From an uncultured archaeon (lineage in GTDB: Archaea; Thermoproteota; Nitrososphaeria_A; Caldarchaeales; Wolframiiraptoraceae), in contig CALKCF010000001.1 of the NCBI GenBank assembly GCA_938083505.1, positions 17,388-81,387 of the forward strand: a DNA stretch of 64,000 nt. The letters are read 5' to 3'. Positions 49,593 through 59,203 of this stretch are shown here, one piece after another. The position numbers and the translations under genes are program-made. Position 1 is the stretch's first letter, and every line of letters starts with the position of its first letter. The notes below the pieces were generated by a model. The model searched no databases. It was not told the DNA's origin and saw only the letters and a list, made by a program, of their open reading frames with translations.

Positions 49593-51216
49593 GTACCCTA
49601 TTCTGTATCCACAGTGGTGTCCAAGGCATTAGTAGCAAGGCATACTTACCCTCAGCGGCACTCTTCAGAACATCTTTGCTTCCAACAGATAGGTATCCAG
49701 ATAAAAGATAGCGCGCATACTCTACCGATTTATTTACATCAAGATAGTGCCCTATGTAAAGCAAAACCTCTGTCAAGTCCCATACCTTATCACCATTAAA
49801 TGAGGCCTGTTCTAAGTCTACTATGTAAACTTTGTCTCCTGATATTATGAAGTTTTCAGGTTTACAATCACCCAACGTGATGTCATGTTGATGAATTTTT
49901 GCTAATTCTCTCCCAACCATAAACGCAGCTCTATTTAACACGTTTTGTTCACTTCCCGACATCCACATTTGCATAAGATCCTGCCCTTCAATGAATTTCT
50001 GGAACAACATCTTCTTCTTCCAATTTATATGATATATATCGGCTGTATTGAAACCAAGTTCCGCAAGCTTATTAACAAAGTAAATCTCATTAGAAAGCCT
50101 GACATCAGCTATGACCGAGAAGTTCTTCATACCAATAGTCCAGACCCTAGCCGCTACCCACTTCAGGTCCGTCCAGTTAATATATTTCTTAACAAAAACC
50201 CTCTCTTCTGAATCTTTTGTTCGGATTATGATGACATAAGTCGAGTTAAGCATCCGACCTATCTTCTTTATAAGTATCTGACTTCTGTTCACATTATAAA
50301 CTCGTTCAACGAAGTCCATGATGTCGAATCGTTCTTTTAACGGTTGTTTCCCTATGGCAGTTTTTATGAACACGTATTCCTCCGGATCAGGAAGGTCGTT
50401 TTCAGTTTTGTAAAATAGTGACCTCCTGATTTTTGAGTATAATTCCTCTGCTATGATGCGTGGATTAAAGCGTCCTGCATAACCATGCACGAGATACATT
50501 TTAAACATCTTTTCGAAATCATAAACTTTTTTAGCAAACTTATTCGCTTGGTTTAAAGTTGAAAGTATGAACTTGTTAGAAAGGCGATAATACTCACCAT
50601 CCTTGAGTAGAAAACCCTCAGATTCTAAATCAGCTAAGGCTAAGTAAAATCCTTTCATACAAATTTCTGTATTAACCTTCTTATAAGGTGCAGAAAATAT
50701 CTTCGAATAACTATAACGCGCCGGCGGATACATCAGAGCCCTTCTCCTTAACTTCTCGAAGAGAAAGTATTCAGGCTGCATCAAAAGCTCGTTTGCAGCC
50801 ATTCTGTGCTCCAGTATTAGATTCTCACATAATTCCAACACAACATTTTTCTTGTAAGTCTTGTCAAATTCTTTCAAAAGTGTGACACCTATAATAGGAT
50901 AAAACGGTGTTAGAAGTCTTCCTGCCACAAATTCTCCAAAAGAGCCGTTTCTCACATCATCCCTCATGATATTTTCATCAACCGCTAAAATGGCAACTGT
51001 AGGTTCAAAATTTCTTAGATAGTAGTATTTTATACCCTCCTTGAATTTTTTCACGATACATAACACATCCAAATCGCTACTCTTCAAAGAGTAGCCAGAA
51101 AGTTGAGAGCCGTAAATGCAAAGGCACGATATGTCATCTTCCTTAAAGATACTTTTCGAGGCTTCAAGTGCTATTTGAGCTAACATATTAAGCCTATCCT
51201 CTGGAATTGCATACAT
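49567..51216 (-). CDS. nucleotidyltransferase (ANT/KNTase-like) N-domain fused to protein-kinase-like (APH/Kdo-kinase/RIO-like) C-domain
   Basis: 549 aa. The N-terminal NTase motif is IYGSQLSGYSLKSSDLDVLCIV. The C-terminal 200 aa carry VFVKKY (candidate ATP-binding Lys), a catalytic loop HQHDITLGDCKPENFII and a metal-binding IVDLEQA (DFG-equivalent). Confidence 0.65.
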   Translation of the reverse strand: MYAIPEDRLNMLAQIALEASKSIFKEDDISCLCIYGSQLSGYSLKSSDLDVLCIVKKFKEGIKYYYLRNFEPTVAILAVDENIMRDDVRNGSFGEFVAGRLLTPFYPIIGVTLLKEFDKTYKKNVVLELCENLILEHRMAANELLMQPEYFLFEKLRRRALMYPPARYSYSKIFSAPYKKVNTEICMKGFYLALADLESEGFLLKDGEYYRLSNKFILSTLNQANKFAKKVYDFEKMFKMYLVHGYAGRFNPRIIAEELYSKIRRSLFYKTENDLPDPEEYVFIKTAIGKQPLKERFDIMDFVERVYNVNRSQILIKKIGRMLNSTYVIIIRTKDSEERVFVKKYINWTDLKWVAARVWTIGMKNFSVIADVRLSNEIYFVNKLAELGFNTADIYHINWKKKMLFQKFIEGQDLMQMWMSGSEQNVLNRAAFMVGRELAKIHQHDITLGDCKPENFIISGDKVYIVDLEQASFNGDKVWDLTEVLLYIGHYLDVNKSVEYARYLLSGYLSVGSKDVLKSAAEGKYALLLMPWTPLWIQNRVLNEVKVLL

Positions 51217-51281
51217 TTCTCTTATAGAGTAATCAGGCTCAAGGTTTAAACTTTTATTCTCGCTTAGTATAACAAGGGCTT

Positions 51282-52625
51282 ATGCTAACAATCTCGGAGG
51301 CTAAAGAACTTCCTAGAAAGCTGGTCAAGAAAATTTTAAAGCTAGGTGCATCTGATGCAACAGTAAGGTTAAGCGTATCAAATTCAACGATGATAAGGTT
51401 TTCAAACAATAATGTCACAATTTCGAACTCTTTTAAGATTGCCGTATTGGAAATATACATAGCATTTAAAGAGAGGAGAGTTACAGGTACAATAACTGAC
51501 CTCTCACAAGCTTCAATTGAACAAACGATTGAACGATTGATGTCTACTGCTAAGACCGTTCAACCTTCTGACGTTTATGCACCGCTTCCAAAAGGTCCAT
51601 TTAAGTATGATAGATATCTCCTGAAAGTTGGCAACATTAGTATGGAGCCGGACATACTTGTCGATTACGTGAATGCGGCCGTAAATTCTGCAATCTCCAT
51701 GGGTGCTAAAAGAGTCGCTGGTTTTCTTAGGTTTATGAAGAGTGAAACTGTGCTTTGCACTAGCGGCAACGTAGAAGCATCATCCAAAAAGAATGCTGCT
51801 GCACTTTATGTGAGAGCATTCGCGGCGGACGATGCTACAGGGCAATTCGCCACAGCTACAGCTGACAGTTCGGAATTTAGGCCAGAAAAAGTTGGCTCCA
51901 TTGCCGGTGAGATAGCAAAGATTGCCTTAAATCCAGTTGAAGGTGAGCCAGGTAGATATGACGCGATTCTGGGACCAATGGCGTTTGCCCATATCATTGA
52001 TGAATTCGGCTCAGCTACATCTGCTTTTAACGTTGACATCGGTGCGTCCTTCTTAGTCGATATGTTAGGGAAACAGGTTGCTTCACAAAAATTCACGTTA
52101 ATTGATGATCCTACATTGTATAACACTTACGGTGCGGAGCCTTTTGATGACGAAGGACTACCGACTAGGAGGAACATAATTGTGGAGAACGGTATCTTGA
52201 AAACTTATCTTCATAATAGTACAACGGCGAAAAGGCACGGTACAACGAGTACCGCAAATGCTGGGATAATAGTTCCTACACCGTTTAACCTAATAATTGA
52301 GGCTGGCGATAGAAGTTTCGAGAAGTTGCTTTCTGAGGTTGATAGAGGCATATATGTAACAAACGATTGGTACCTAAGATATTCAAACTACAGAGAGGGT
52401 GATTTCTCTACTGTACCGAGGGATGGGCTCTTCATGATAAAGAACGGTAGTATAGAAAAACCCCTCAAGGGTCTCAGACTCGTCGGCAACATGATAAAGC
52501 TCTTAAGCTCTATAATAGCGTTAAGTATGGAGAGGCACTGGATAGAGTGGTGGGAAGTAGAAACACCCGTCTACGCTCCTTGGGCGTTAATCGCCGACGT
52601 TGAATTTACAAAAAGTATGCTTTGA
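51282..52625 (+). CDS. TldD/PmbA-family metallopeptidase
   Basis: 447 aa with the family's N-terminal and C-terminal domains. It is a single copy with no TldD/TldE partner in the window. Confidence 0.75.
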   Translation: MLTISEAKELPRKLVKKILKLGASDATVRLSVSNSTMIRFSNNNVTISNSFKIAVLEIYIAFKERRVTGTITDLSQASIEQTIERLMSTAKTVQPSDVYAPLPKGPFKYDRYLLKVGNISMEPDILVDYVNAAVNSAISMGAKRVAGFLRFMKSETVLCTSGNVEASSKKNAAALYVRAFAADDATGQFATATADSSEFRPEKVGSIAGEIAKIALNPVEGEPGRYDAILGPMAFAHIIDEFGSATSAFNVDIGASFLVDMLGKQVASQKFTLIDDPTLYNTYGAEPFDDEGLPTRRNIIVENGILKTYLHNSTTAKRHGTTSTANAGIIVPTPFNLIIEAGDRSFEKLLSEVDRGIYVTNDWYLRYSNYREGDFSTVPRDGLFMIKNGSIEKPLKGLRLVGNMIKLLSSIIALSMERHWIEWWEVETPVYAPWALIADVEFTKSML

Positions 52626-52633
52626 ATATTCTG

Positions 52634-53179
52634 CTATAATTTATACCCTATCTTCCTTAGAAATTCCTTCCTCTTCTTTATGTCCTCTTCTCCTTCTATT
52701 CCCTTTGATTTGTAACCGTCGATTACGCCCATTATACCTCTGCCCTGTTCTGACTCAACCACAATGATCTGGAGCGGATTTGCTGTAGCTGCTAGGATTG
52801 TGCAAACTTCAGGTACTTCTTTTAATCTGTTCAACACATTTATGGGATACATATCCTTTATGAACAACAAAAACGTATGACCACATCCAATCTTGAGCAA
52901 TGTTTCGGCGGCGAGCTTCCTTAGTTCTTCATCCGTGCCTTCATGTCTAATGAGGCACGGACCGCTGGCTTCAGCGAACGCTAAGCCAAACTTCGCTCCT
53001 GGTACAGAGTTCATTATAGCTTCATAAATGTCCTCTACACTCTTTATGAAGTGTGTTATGCCGAATATAACGTTACAACCTTCAGGCACTTTTATGTCTA
53101 TTATTTCCAACTTCAACCTATATACACCTAAGACACTCAAAATTTTATGGTGTGATAAAAACATTACATTTTCAACCAC
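52634..53179 (-). CDS. DUF355/COG1839-like ('adenosine-specific kinase' family) protein
   Basis: 181 aa. The pattern PEG.NVIFG..HFIK.VED...A......KFG.AF.EASG...R..G.DEEL matches that family as I remember it. Moderate confidence. Confidence 0.45.
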   Translation of the reverse strand: MVENVMFLSHHKILSVLGVYRLKLEIIDIKVPEGCNVIFGITHFIKSVEDIYEAIMNSVPGAKFGLAFAEASGPCLIRHEGTDEELRKLAAETLLKIGCGHTFLLFIKDMYPINVLNRLKEVPEVCTILAATANPLQIIVVESEQGRGIMGVIDGYKSKGIEGEEDIKKRKEFLRKIGYKL

Positions 53180-53238
53180 GACACATACGTTCGAACAACA
53201 TCACATTTATTATCGTCCAAGTTTTTAATTTATTATGA

Positions 53239-54387
53239 ATGGTACCTGTCAAGACAGGCGTTGCCGAACTACCGTTGCACTCCGGTCATGTGCCAAGCTG
53301 GCTTATAGAGAAGATGAAAAAGCTTGCAGACGCCATAGTTAAAGTTATCGTTGAAAGCTACAATACGGAAGAGTTTCTCAAAAGAGTATCGGATCCTTTC
53401 TGGTTCCAGTCATTCGGCTGTGTTCTTGGTTTCGATTGGCACTCAAGTGGTTTGACGACGGTAGTGACTGGGGTTCTTAGGGAGAGTCTGAGTCTCGATA
53501 AACATGGTGTTATGGTTGCTGGCGGAAAGGGTCTGAAAAGTAAAAAGGTACCTGACGATTTAAAATCAGCACTTCTCATGTATAGGTTTGATGAGGGCAT
53601 GATAGAGCGTTTGTTACGTGCAAGCAGACTGTCCGCAAAAGTTGACAACACACTCGTCCAAGATGGTTATGAGCTATATCATCACGCTATATTCGTGAAT
53701 GAAAAAGGAAAGTGGGCTGTAGTCCAGCAAGGCATGAATATTTCAGATGAGTATGCAAGAAGGTATCATTGGCTTGGTGAGTCGGTGAAGAGCTTCGTTA
53801 TTGAACCACATTACTCCATAATCAGCGATAACGTGTCCTCTGTGGTTCTCAATATGACTTCACGAAAATGTGAGAATGTCAGGAAAGTTTCTATAGACCT
53901 TGTATGCGAATCACCATCGAAGTTGATACGTATTTTTAACACCCTCAACAAACAGGAAAGTTTGACTAAATGGTTAGATGAAGAAACCGGTAAACCGATG
54001 ATAGAAAAGATTCCAGCGTATCTTCGTATGCCTAAGAAGGTGAACTGGGATTTGTTGCGAAAAGTATACGAGCTCAAACCAAGAAATTATGAAGAGTTGG
54101 TCGAGATAAGAGGTGTTGGACCATCAACTGTTAGGGCACTTGCCCTTATCGCTACGCTAATATTCGGCGCAGAAATCGACTGGAAGGACCCCGTAAAGTA
54201 TAGCTTTGCCGTGGGTGGGAAAGACGGCGTGCCGTATCCTGTATCAAGAAGGACCATAGGCAAGGCGACGAGATTCTTAAGAGAAATGATAGACGCGGCT
54301 GATTTGGAAAGAGAGGCAAAAAAAGAAGCTCTTAGAAGGTTAGCACATGCCGAGCGAATGAAGGTGTTAGAATTCACGAGTGATTAG
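53239..54387 (+). CDS. DUF763/COG1415-family protein with C-terminal helix-hairpin-helix
   Basis: 382 aa. LPLHSGHVPSWL at the N-terminus and the HhH stretch LVEIRGVGPSTVRALALIA near the C-terminus are present. Confidence 0.5.
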   Translation: MVPVKTGVAELPLHSGHVPSWLIEKMKKLADAIVKVIVESYNTEEFLKRVSDPFWFQSFGCVLGFDWHSSGLTTVVTGVLRESLSLDKHGVMVAGGKGLKSKKVPDDLKSALLMYRFDEGMIERLLRASRLSAKVDNTLVQDGYELYHHAIFVNEKGKWAVVQQGMNISDEYARRYHWLGESVKSFVIEPHYSIISDNVSSVVLNMTSRKCENVRKVSIDLVCESPSKLIRIFNTLNKQESLTKWLDEETGKPMIEKIPAYLRMPKKVNWDLLRKVYELKPRNYEELVEIRGVGPSTVRALALIATLIFGAEIDWKDPVKYSFAVGGKDGVPYPVSRRTIGKATRFLREMIDAADLEREAKKEALRRLAHAERMKVLEFTSD

Positions 54388-55440
54388 AAAGTCTGCTAGG
54401 GCTTTGAGTTTTTTCTTTGCAGGCGTATCCGGTAAGAGTTTGTCTAGAGCCTTCCAAGATTCGCTAACCAGCTCTCTAGCGACTTTGCTTGCATACTCTA
54501 CCGCACCGCTCTTCTTTATTAGAGTGATTGCCTCTTCTATTAGGCTAGGTTCGTTCGTGTGTAACGAAAGGATTTTCTTGAGCCTGTTTGCCTCCTCTTT
54601 TGACAGATGCTTTAGTGCATAAATCACCATCAAAGTCCTCTTACCTTCCTTTATGTCACCTCCTATCTCCTTACCGTACTTCGTCATATCGCCTACAATG
54701 TTTAATATGTCATCCTGTATCTGGAAAGCTATGCTAAGAGACTCTGCAAACTCTTTTAAGCTCTCTAAAAGTTTGTGATCTGCGCCTGCCATTATACCAG
54801 CTATCCCGACCGCCATACGTGACAACGAGCCTGTTTTAAAAGAACACATTTGCATATAGTGTTCTTCGGTAATTTCTTCAACAAGTCCTTTATGCCAAGC
54901 TATATCCATAGCCTGGCCTAGACTTAGCCTGAGCATTTCTTCCACATAACATCGCATGATCGCGAGCATCTTATCAGAATCTATTTTTTTATTGTTCAAC
55001 AAAGCTAAGAGCGGGAGATAATACATCGTGTTGCCAACGTTGACCGCTACATCAACACCGTAGATTTTATGAATGCACTCTTTGCCACGTCTAAAATCTC
55101 CGTTATCTTCCACATCGTCAACTATTAGCGTACCGTTATGTATGATTTCAGGTATTATGGTTATGTCCAATATATCCTCGGCCCTACCACCCAACGCTTC
55201 GTACGTTATTAAAAGCAAGGCTGGTCTCCACCTCTTTCCACCTCTATCTATTAAGTCCCAAAACGGTTCAGATATTGCCTTAGTTAACGACTTAGGTTCG
55301 TATGAAAACCTCGACTTACCAAATAATCTGATAGCCTCTTCTTGTGTAAACTTTCTTGGCACATAATGTTCCATAACCTTTTCGACAAGCTGGGAATATT
55401 CCTTCAGTATATTCAACACTTGCCGTTCTATTTCCATCAT
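54367..55440 (-). CDS. polyprenyl (geranylgeranyl or longer) diphosphate synthase
   Basis: The first Asp-rich motif LIVDDVEDNGDFRRG and the second QIQDDILN are both present. Confidence 0.8.
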   Translation of the reverse strand: MMEIERQVLNILKEYSQLVEKVMEHYVPRKFTQEEAIRLFGKSRFSYEPKSLTKAISEPFWDLIDRGGKRWRPALLLITYEALGGRAEDILDITIIPEIIHNGTLIVDDVEDNGDFRRGKECIHKIYGVDVAVNVGNTMYYLPLLALLNNKKIDSDKMLAIMRCYVEEMLRLSLGQAMDIAWHKGLVEEITEEHYMQMCSFKTGSLSRMAVGIAGIMAGADHKLLESLKEFAESLSIAFQIQDDILNIVGDMTKYGKEIGGDIKEGKRTLMVIYALKHLSKEEANRLKKILSLHTNEPSLIEEAITLIKKSGAVEYASKVARELVSESWKALDKLLPDTPAKKKLKALADFLITREF

Positions 55441-55506
55441 GTTTTCAAGTACGCTTTTCTACATTAATGATATAAAAAGCTTAGGATTTTTTACAAATCA
55501 GTATAG

Positions 55507-56274
55507 CTATATTTTGAAGCCTGCCTTCTTAAGAAATTTCGATAATTTTTCGTACTTCTTTTCTACCTCTTTCGTCTTTTCTATCTTTGCTATAAAATAA
55601 TCTTTGTATTTCATAGAAATGCCTGCATACTTCATCAAGTAACCCTCCTGATCATACGTTTCTGAAGATTCTTCGACGTAGTTGGCAATCTCATACGAAT
55701 TCGGCTCCCGATACTTGTTTTTATGAAACACTATATGTAACGGCCATCTAGGCCTTTTAGGTGGCAACTCATCCTTTTCACCTATGCAAAGAAGACCAAT
55801 AGGAATTACACCTTTCGGGAGTTCTAACAAGGCCGCCACCTGTTCCGCCTCAACAAGCACGCAATCAAGTAAAGCGGTGCCGAAGCCTAAAACCTCGGCA
55901 GCAATTATCATGTTCTGGGTTGCGAGCCCTGTCTCGAATATGCTATATATTACCTCGACAGGATGTTCATTAGAAGTCAAAACATGGTTGGGGTTAAGGT
56001 AATTAAACATTTTATTAACCCTATTAAGGTCACTACATATGACTATTATCGCAGAGGCGTTTGATATGTACTTTATACCACAAACCTCCTCAAGTGCTCT
56101 CCTTTTTTCCTTATCGCTGACAAGTATGAACGAATAAGCCTGATTATATGATGGTGCTCTTTGACCTGCCTCCACTATCATGTGAAGTATATCTTCTGGT
56201 ATGTCGGCGGGCTTAAACTTTCTAATCGTCCTTCTGTTATATATGAGGTTTAGCAAACTCCTAGTTATGCTCAT
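55507..56274 (-). CDS. nitroreductase-family flavoprotein
   Basis: The N-terminal RRTIRKFK motif and an FMN-binding fold are present, with a C-terminal extension of about 60 aa. Confidence 0.7.
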   Translation of the reverse strand: MSITRSLLNLIYNRRTIRKFKPADIPEDILHMIVEAGQRAPSYNQAYSFILVSDKEKRRALEEVCGIKYISNASAIIVICSDLNRVNKMFNYLNPNHVLTSNEHPVEVIYSIFETGLATQNMIIAAEVLGFGTALLDCVLVEAEQVAALLELPKGVIPIGLLCIGEKDELPPKRPRWPLHIVFHKNKYREPNSYEIANYVEESSETYDQEGYLMKYAGISMKYKDYFIAKIEKTKEVEKKYEKLSKFLKKAGFKI

Positions 56275-56330
56275 GGTTTATTCTTAACTAAAGCCTTAAG
56301 TTCTTTAAATAAAAATTTTGTTATTGTGCC

Positions 56331-58379
56331 TTATCTTAGCTTTAACCTTTTTAACGTTAAGGAGTTTGTGACAACACTGACGGAACTCAACGCCATGGCT
56401 ATACCGGCCAGTATAGGATTAAGATACCCCATGGCAGCAATCGGTATGAGTGATGCGTTGTAAGCGAAGGCCCAAAAAAGATTTTGCTTTATCTTACGCA
56501 TTATGTTCTTGCTAAGCTTTATCGCTGCCACGACGTTCCTTAAATCATCTTTTATCAGGACTATTCCAGAAGTTTCTATGGCGACGTCCGTTCCACTACT
56601 TATAGCAATACCTACGTCAGCCTGAGCCAGTGCTGGAGCATCGTTCACACCATCGCCGACCATAGCCACTCTCCTTCCTTCTAGCTGAAGTTTCTTTATG
56701 ACGTTAAGCTTTTCGGAGGGCAGAACCTCCGCTATCACGTGCTCTATATCAAGCTTCTTTGCTATCACCTTCGCCGTCCTTTCATTGTCACCCGTGAGCA
56801 TTATGACTTCGAGACCCATGGACTTCAACTGCTTCACGGTTTCAGCTGCATGCTCCTTCAGGATATCCTCTAAACCTATCAAAGCGACTGGTCTTTCATC
56901 AACCGAAATTATTAAAACTGTCTTACCTTCCTGCTCAAGCTTCCTCAGAGTTTCTTCAAACTCAAATAATCTGAGATTCATTGAGATAAGTAACTTTCTG
57001 TTACCTATAACTACGTGTTTTCCATTTACGGTTGCAATGACACCTTTGCCGGGAACTGCCTCAAATTTTTCCGGTTTGATAAGCTCTATTCCGAGCTCTT
57101 TCGCCTTCTTAATTATAGCCTCTCCCAATGGGTGTTCCGAGCCGAACTCGGCGGATGCAGCTAGCAATATAACCTCTTCTTCATTCATATCATCTAATAG
57201 TGTGATGCTCGTTACTGTTGGCTCACCTTTTGTGAGTGTACCAGTTTTATCAAATACTACGCTCGTTATATTATATGCTCTTTCAAGGTTTTCTCCACCT
57301 TTTATCAGTATACCGTTTTCGGCACCTTTTCCTACACCAACGACCACAGCCGCTGGTGTTGCTAGACCTAGAGCGCAGGGGCAGGCTACTATTAAAACTG
57401 CTATGAATGATTTAAGACCGAGAAGAGGGTTGCCAAAAAGGAGATACCATGTTAAGAATGCGATGATGCTGATGCTCACAACTGCAGGAACGAAGTATGA
57501 GGCCACCCTATCCACCAATCGCTCTATTGGAGCTTGAGCGGTCTGAGCTTCTTCAACAAGCCTTACTATCTGGGATAGTGTGGTGTCAGCTCCAACCTTA
57601 GTTGCTCTAATCAAGAGAAGGCCACTCCTGTTAATCGTACCGCCTATAACTTTGTCACCAACTTCTTTTTCTACGGGAATGCTTTCACCAGTCACGATTT
57701 TTTCATCGACTGCAGAATGACCGTCGATGACTATACCATCTACCGGTATCTTCTCACCCGGTTTAACTAATAACAAGTCACCAACCCTAACCTTTTCGAC
57801 AGGAACTACCGTCTCGACATTATCCCATATGACTCTTGCCGTGGTTGGCTGTAGTTCCATAAGCTTCCTTACAACATCCGATGCCCTCCTTCTTACGCTA
57901 TGCTCGAGCAGTCTTCCGAGAAGTACGAATGCTATTATCAACGCTGATACTTCATAGTACAATTCTCCGGAAAACACGGATGGCAAGAATGTCGCAAGCG
58001 TGCTATAAAACCAAGCTGCAGAGGTTCCTATGGCTATGAGCGTATCCATGTTTGCTGACTTGGCTCTAATCGCGTGCCACATGCCTTTGTAGAAAGACCA
58101 ACCCGCAATAAACTGTACCGAAGTTGCCATAAAGAACAACAGTAGGCTATTATTTACGGGTAAAGATGGAGTCGAAAACCATGTTAGTATAAAGATAGAT
58201 ATTCCTAGTGCGAAGCTAAAGATTGTCATCATTTTCAATTTTCTAACTTCAATCTCGGGCATTAAGAAAGTCTTGAGGCAAGTTTCACTGCAAAAGTAGT
58301 ACGTTCTCCCCCTCACGGTTGCCTTTAGGGCATCCTCCGTCTCTTCCACGAACATTCCACATACAGGGTCTTTTGCCAC
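56331..58379 (-). CDS. copA: copper-translocating P1B-type ATPase with N-terminal TRASH/YHS metal-binding domain
   Basis: The TRASH motif DPVCGM...YYFCSETC, the transmembrane CPC, the phosphorylation site DKTGTLT and the hinge GDGVNDAP are all present. Confidence 0.9.
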   Translation of the reverse strand: MAKDPVCGMFVEETEDALKATVRGRTYYFCSETCLKTFLMPEIEVRKLKMMTIFSFALGISIFILTWFSTPSLPVNNSLLLFFMATSVQFIAGWSFYKGMWHAIRAKSANMDTLIAIGTSAAWFYSTLATFLPSVFSGELYYEVSALIIAFVLLGRLLEHSVRRRASDVVRKLMELQPTTARVIWDNVETVVPVEKVRVGDLLLVKPGEKIPVDGIVIDGHSAVDEKIVTGESIPVEKEVGDKVIGGTINRSGLLLIRATKVGADTTLSQIVRLVEEAQTAQAPIERLVDRVASYFVPAVVSISIIAFLTWYLLFGNPLLGLKSFIAVLIVACPCALGLATPAAVVVGVGKGAENGILIKGGENLERAYNITSVVFDKTGTLTKGEPTVTSITLLDDMNEEEVILLAASAEFGSEHPLGEAIIKKAKELGIELIKPEKFEAVPGKGVIATVNGKHVVIGNRKLLISMNLRLFEFEETLRKLEQEGKTVLIISVDERPVALIGLEDILKEHAAETVKQLKSMGLEVIMLTGDNERTAKVIAKKLDIEHVIAEVLPSEKLNVIKKLQLEGRRVAMVGDGVNDAPALAQADVGIAISSGTDVAIETSGIVLIKDDLRNVVAAIKLSKNIMRKIKQNLFWAFAYNASLIPIAAMGYLNPILAGIAMALSSVSVVTNSLTLKRLKLR

Positions 58380-58526
58380 ATATTGGTTATGTACAACGTT
58401 AATTTATAAATATTGCAGAATATGCCTCACAATCATATGGTCAGAACTTAAAATCAGTTATTTGTTATTCACGACGGTTCTGGGTTTGTCAAAAGTTTAT
58501 CTTTATCTGAAAGCTTAAGGCTTCTG

Positions 58527-59192
58527 ATGAATAAGTTTGAAGAAGACCTATCGAAAATCATTGCACGTATAGGCGACAAGTACGGCAAAGAAGTTATAAA
58601 TAAACTCCATAACATGTACAAGAAGTTGTGTAAACTGTACGAAGCTAACATTGTTAAGATAAATCATTCAGTGATGGAGGTTGTCTGTGCTACTGAGTTA
58701 ATCGTTAAAGGTTATGATGTAGATGTTGAGTATAGACTCAACGACATACTCGTGTGCGACGTATATGGAGTAAAAGGTGATGGTAACATTATAATCGAGA
58801 TAGAGACTGGCTTCGTACCCCCCGAACATGCACTTGACCCAAATACTTACCTATTAGCTAGGGTTGCCAGCAAGATAGCAAGGTACAGTACCTTCGCAAA
58901 AAAGTTTGGTATCGGAACACCGCCGCATAACATCGTTCAGATACCGTACGTATTCCTAAAGCCGCCAAGAGACAGGACTGAGAAAGAGGTGCTTTATCTC
59001 AAGAAGATCTGCGACCTCTACTACACAAAACCACCTGTTAGTTTTGAAGAAATACTCAACGCAAGACTTTGCGTAGTCTATGTGATAAACGTTGACGAAG
59101 CGACGGTCAGCGAATTATCACCACAAGAATACTATGAAATGCTCAAACAAGCGATGAAGGACACAAATACATCTCTATTTGTTCATAAATAA
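58527..59192 (+). CDS. hypothetical protein (possible PD-(D/E)xK-like core)
   Basis: 221 aa with no recognisable family. The stretch VCDVYGVKGDGNIIIEIETG loosely resembles a nuclease-fold strand-turn-strand. Confidence 0.35.
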   Translation: MNKFEEDLSKIIARIGDKYGKEVINKLHNMYKKLCKLYEANIVKINHSVMEVVCATELIVKGYDVDVEYRLNDILVCDVYGVKGDGNIIIEIETGFVPPEHALDPNTYLLARVASKIARYSTFAKKFGIGTPPHNIVQIPYVFLKPPRDRTEKEVLYLKKICDLYYTKPPVSFEEILNARLCVVYVINVDEATVSELSPQEYYEMLKQAMKDTNTSLFVHK

Positions 59193-59203
59193 TGTTTTAA
59201 AGT

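Noticed and set aside
56698-57537. 279-aa ORF on the + strand
   Set aside because: It is entirely antisense within the copA coding region. Its Ser/Pro-rich, low-complexity translation is typical of a shadow ORF.
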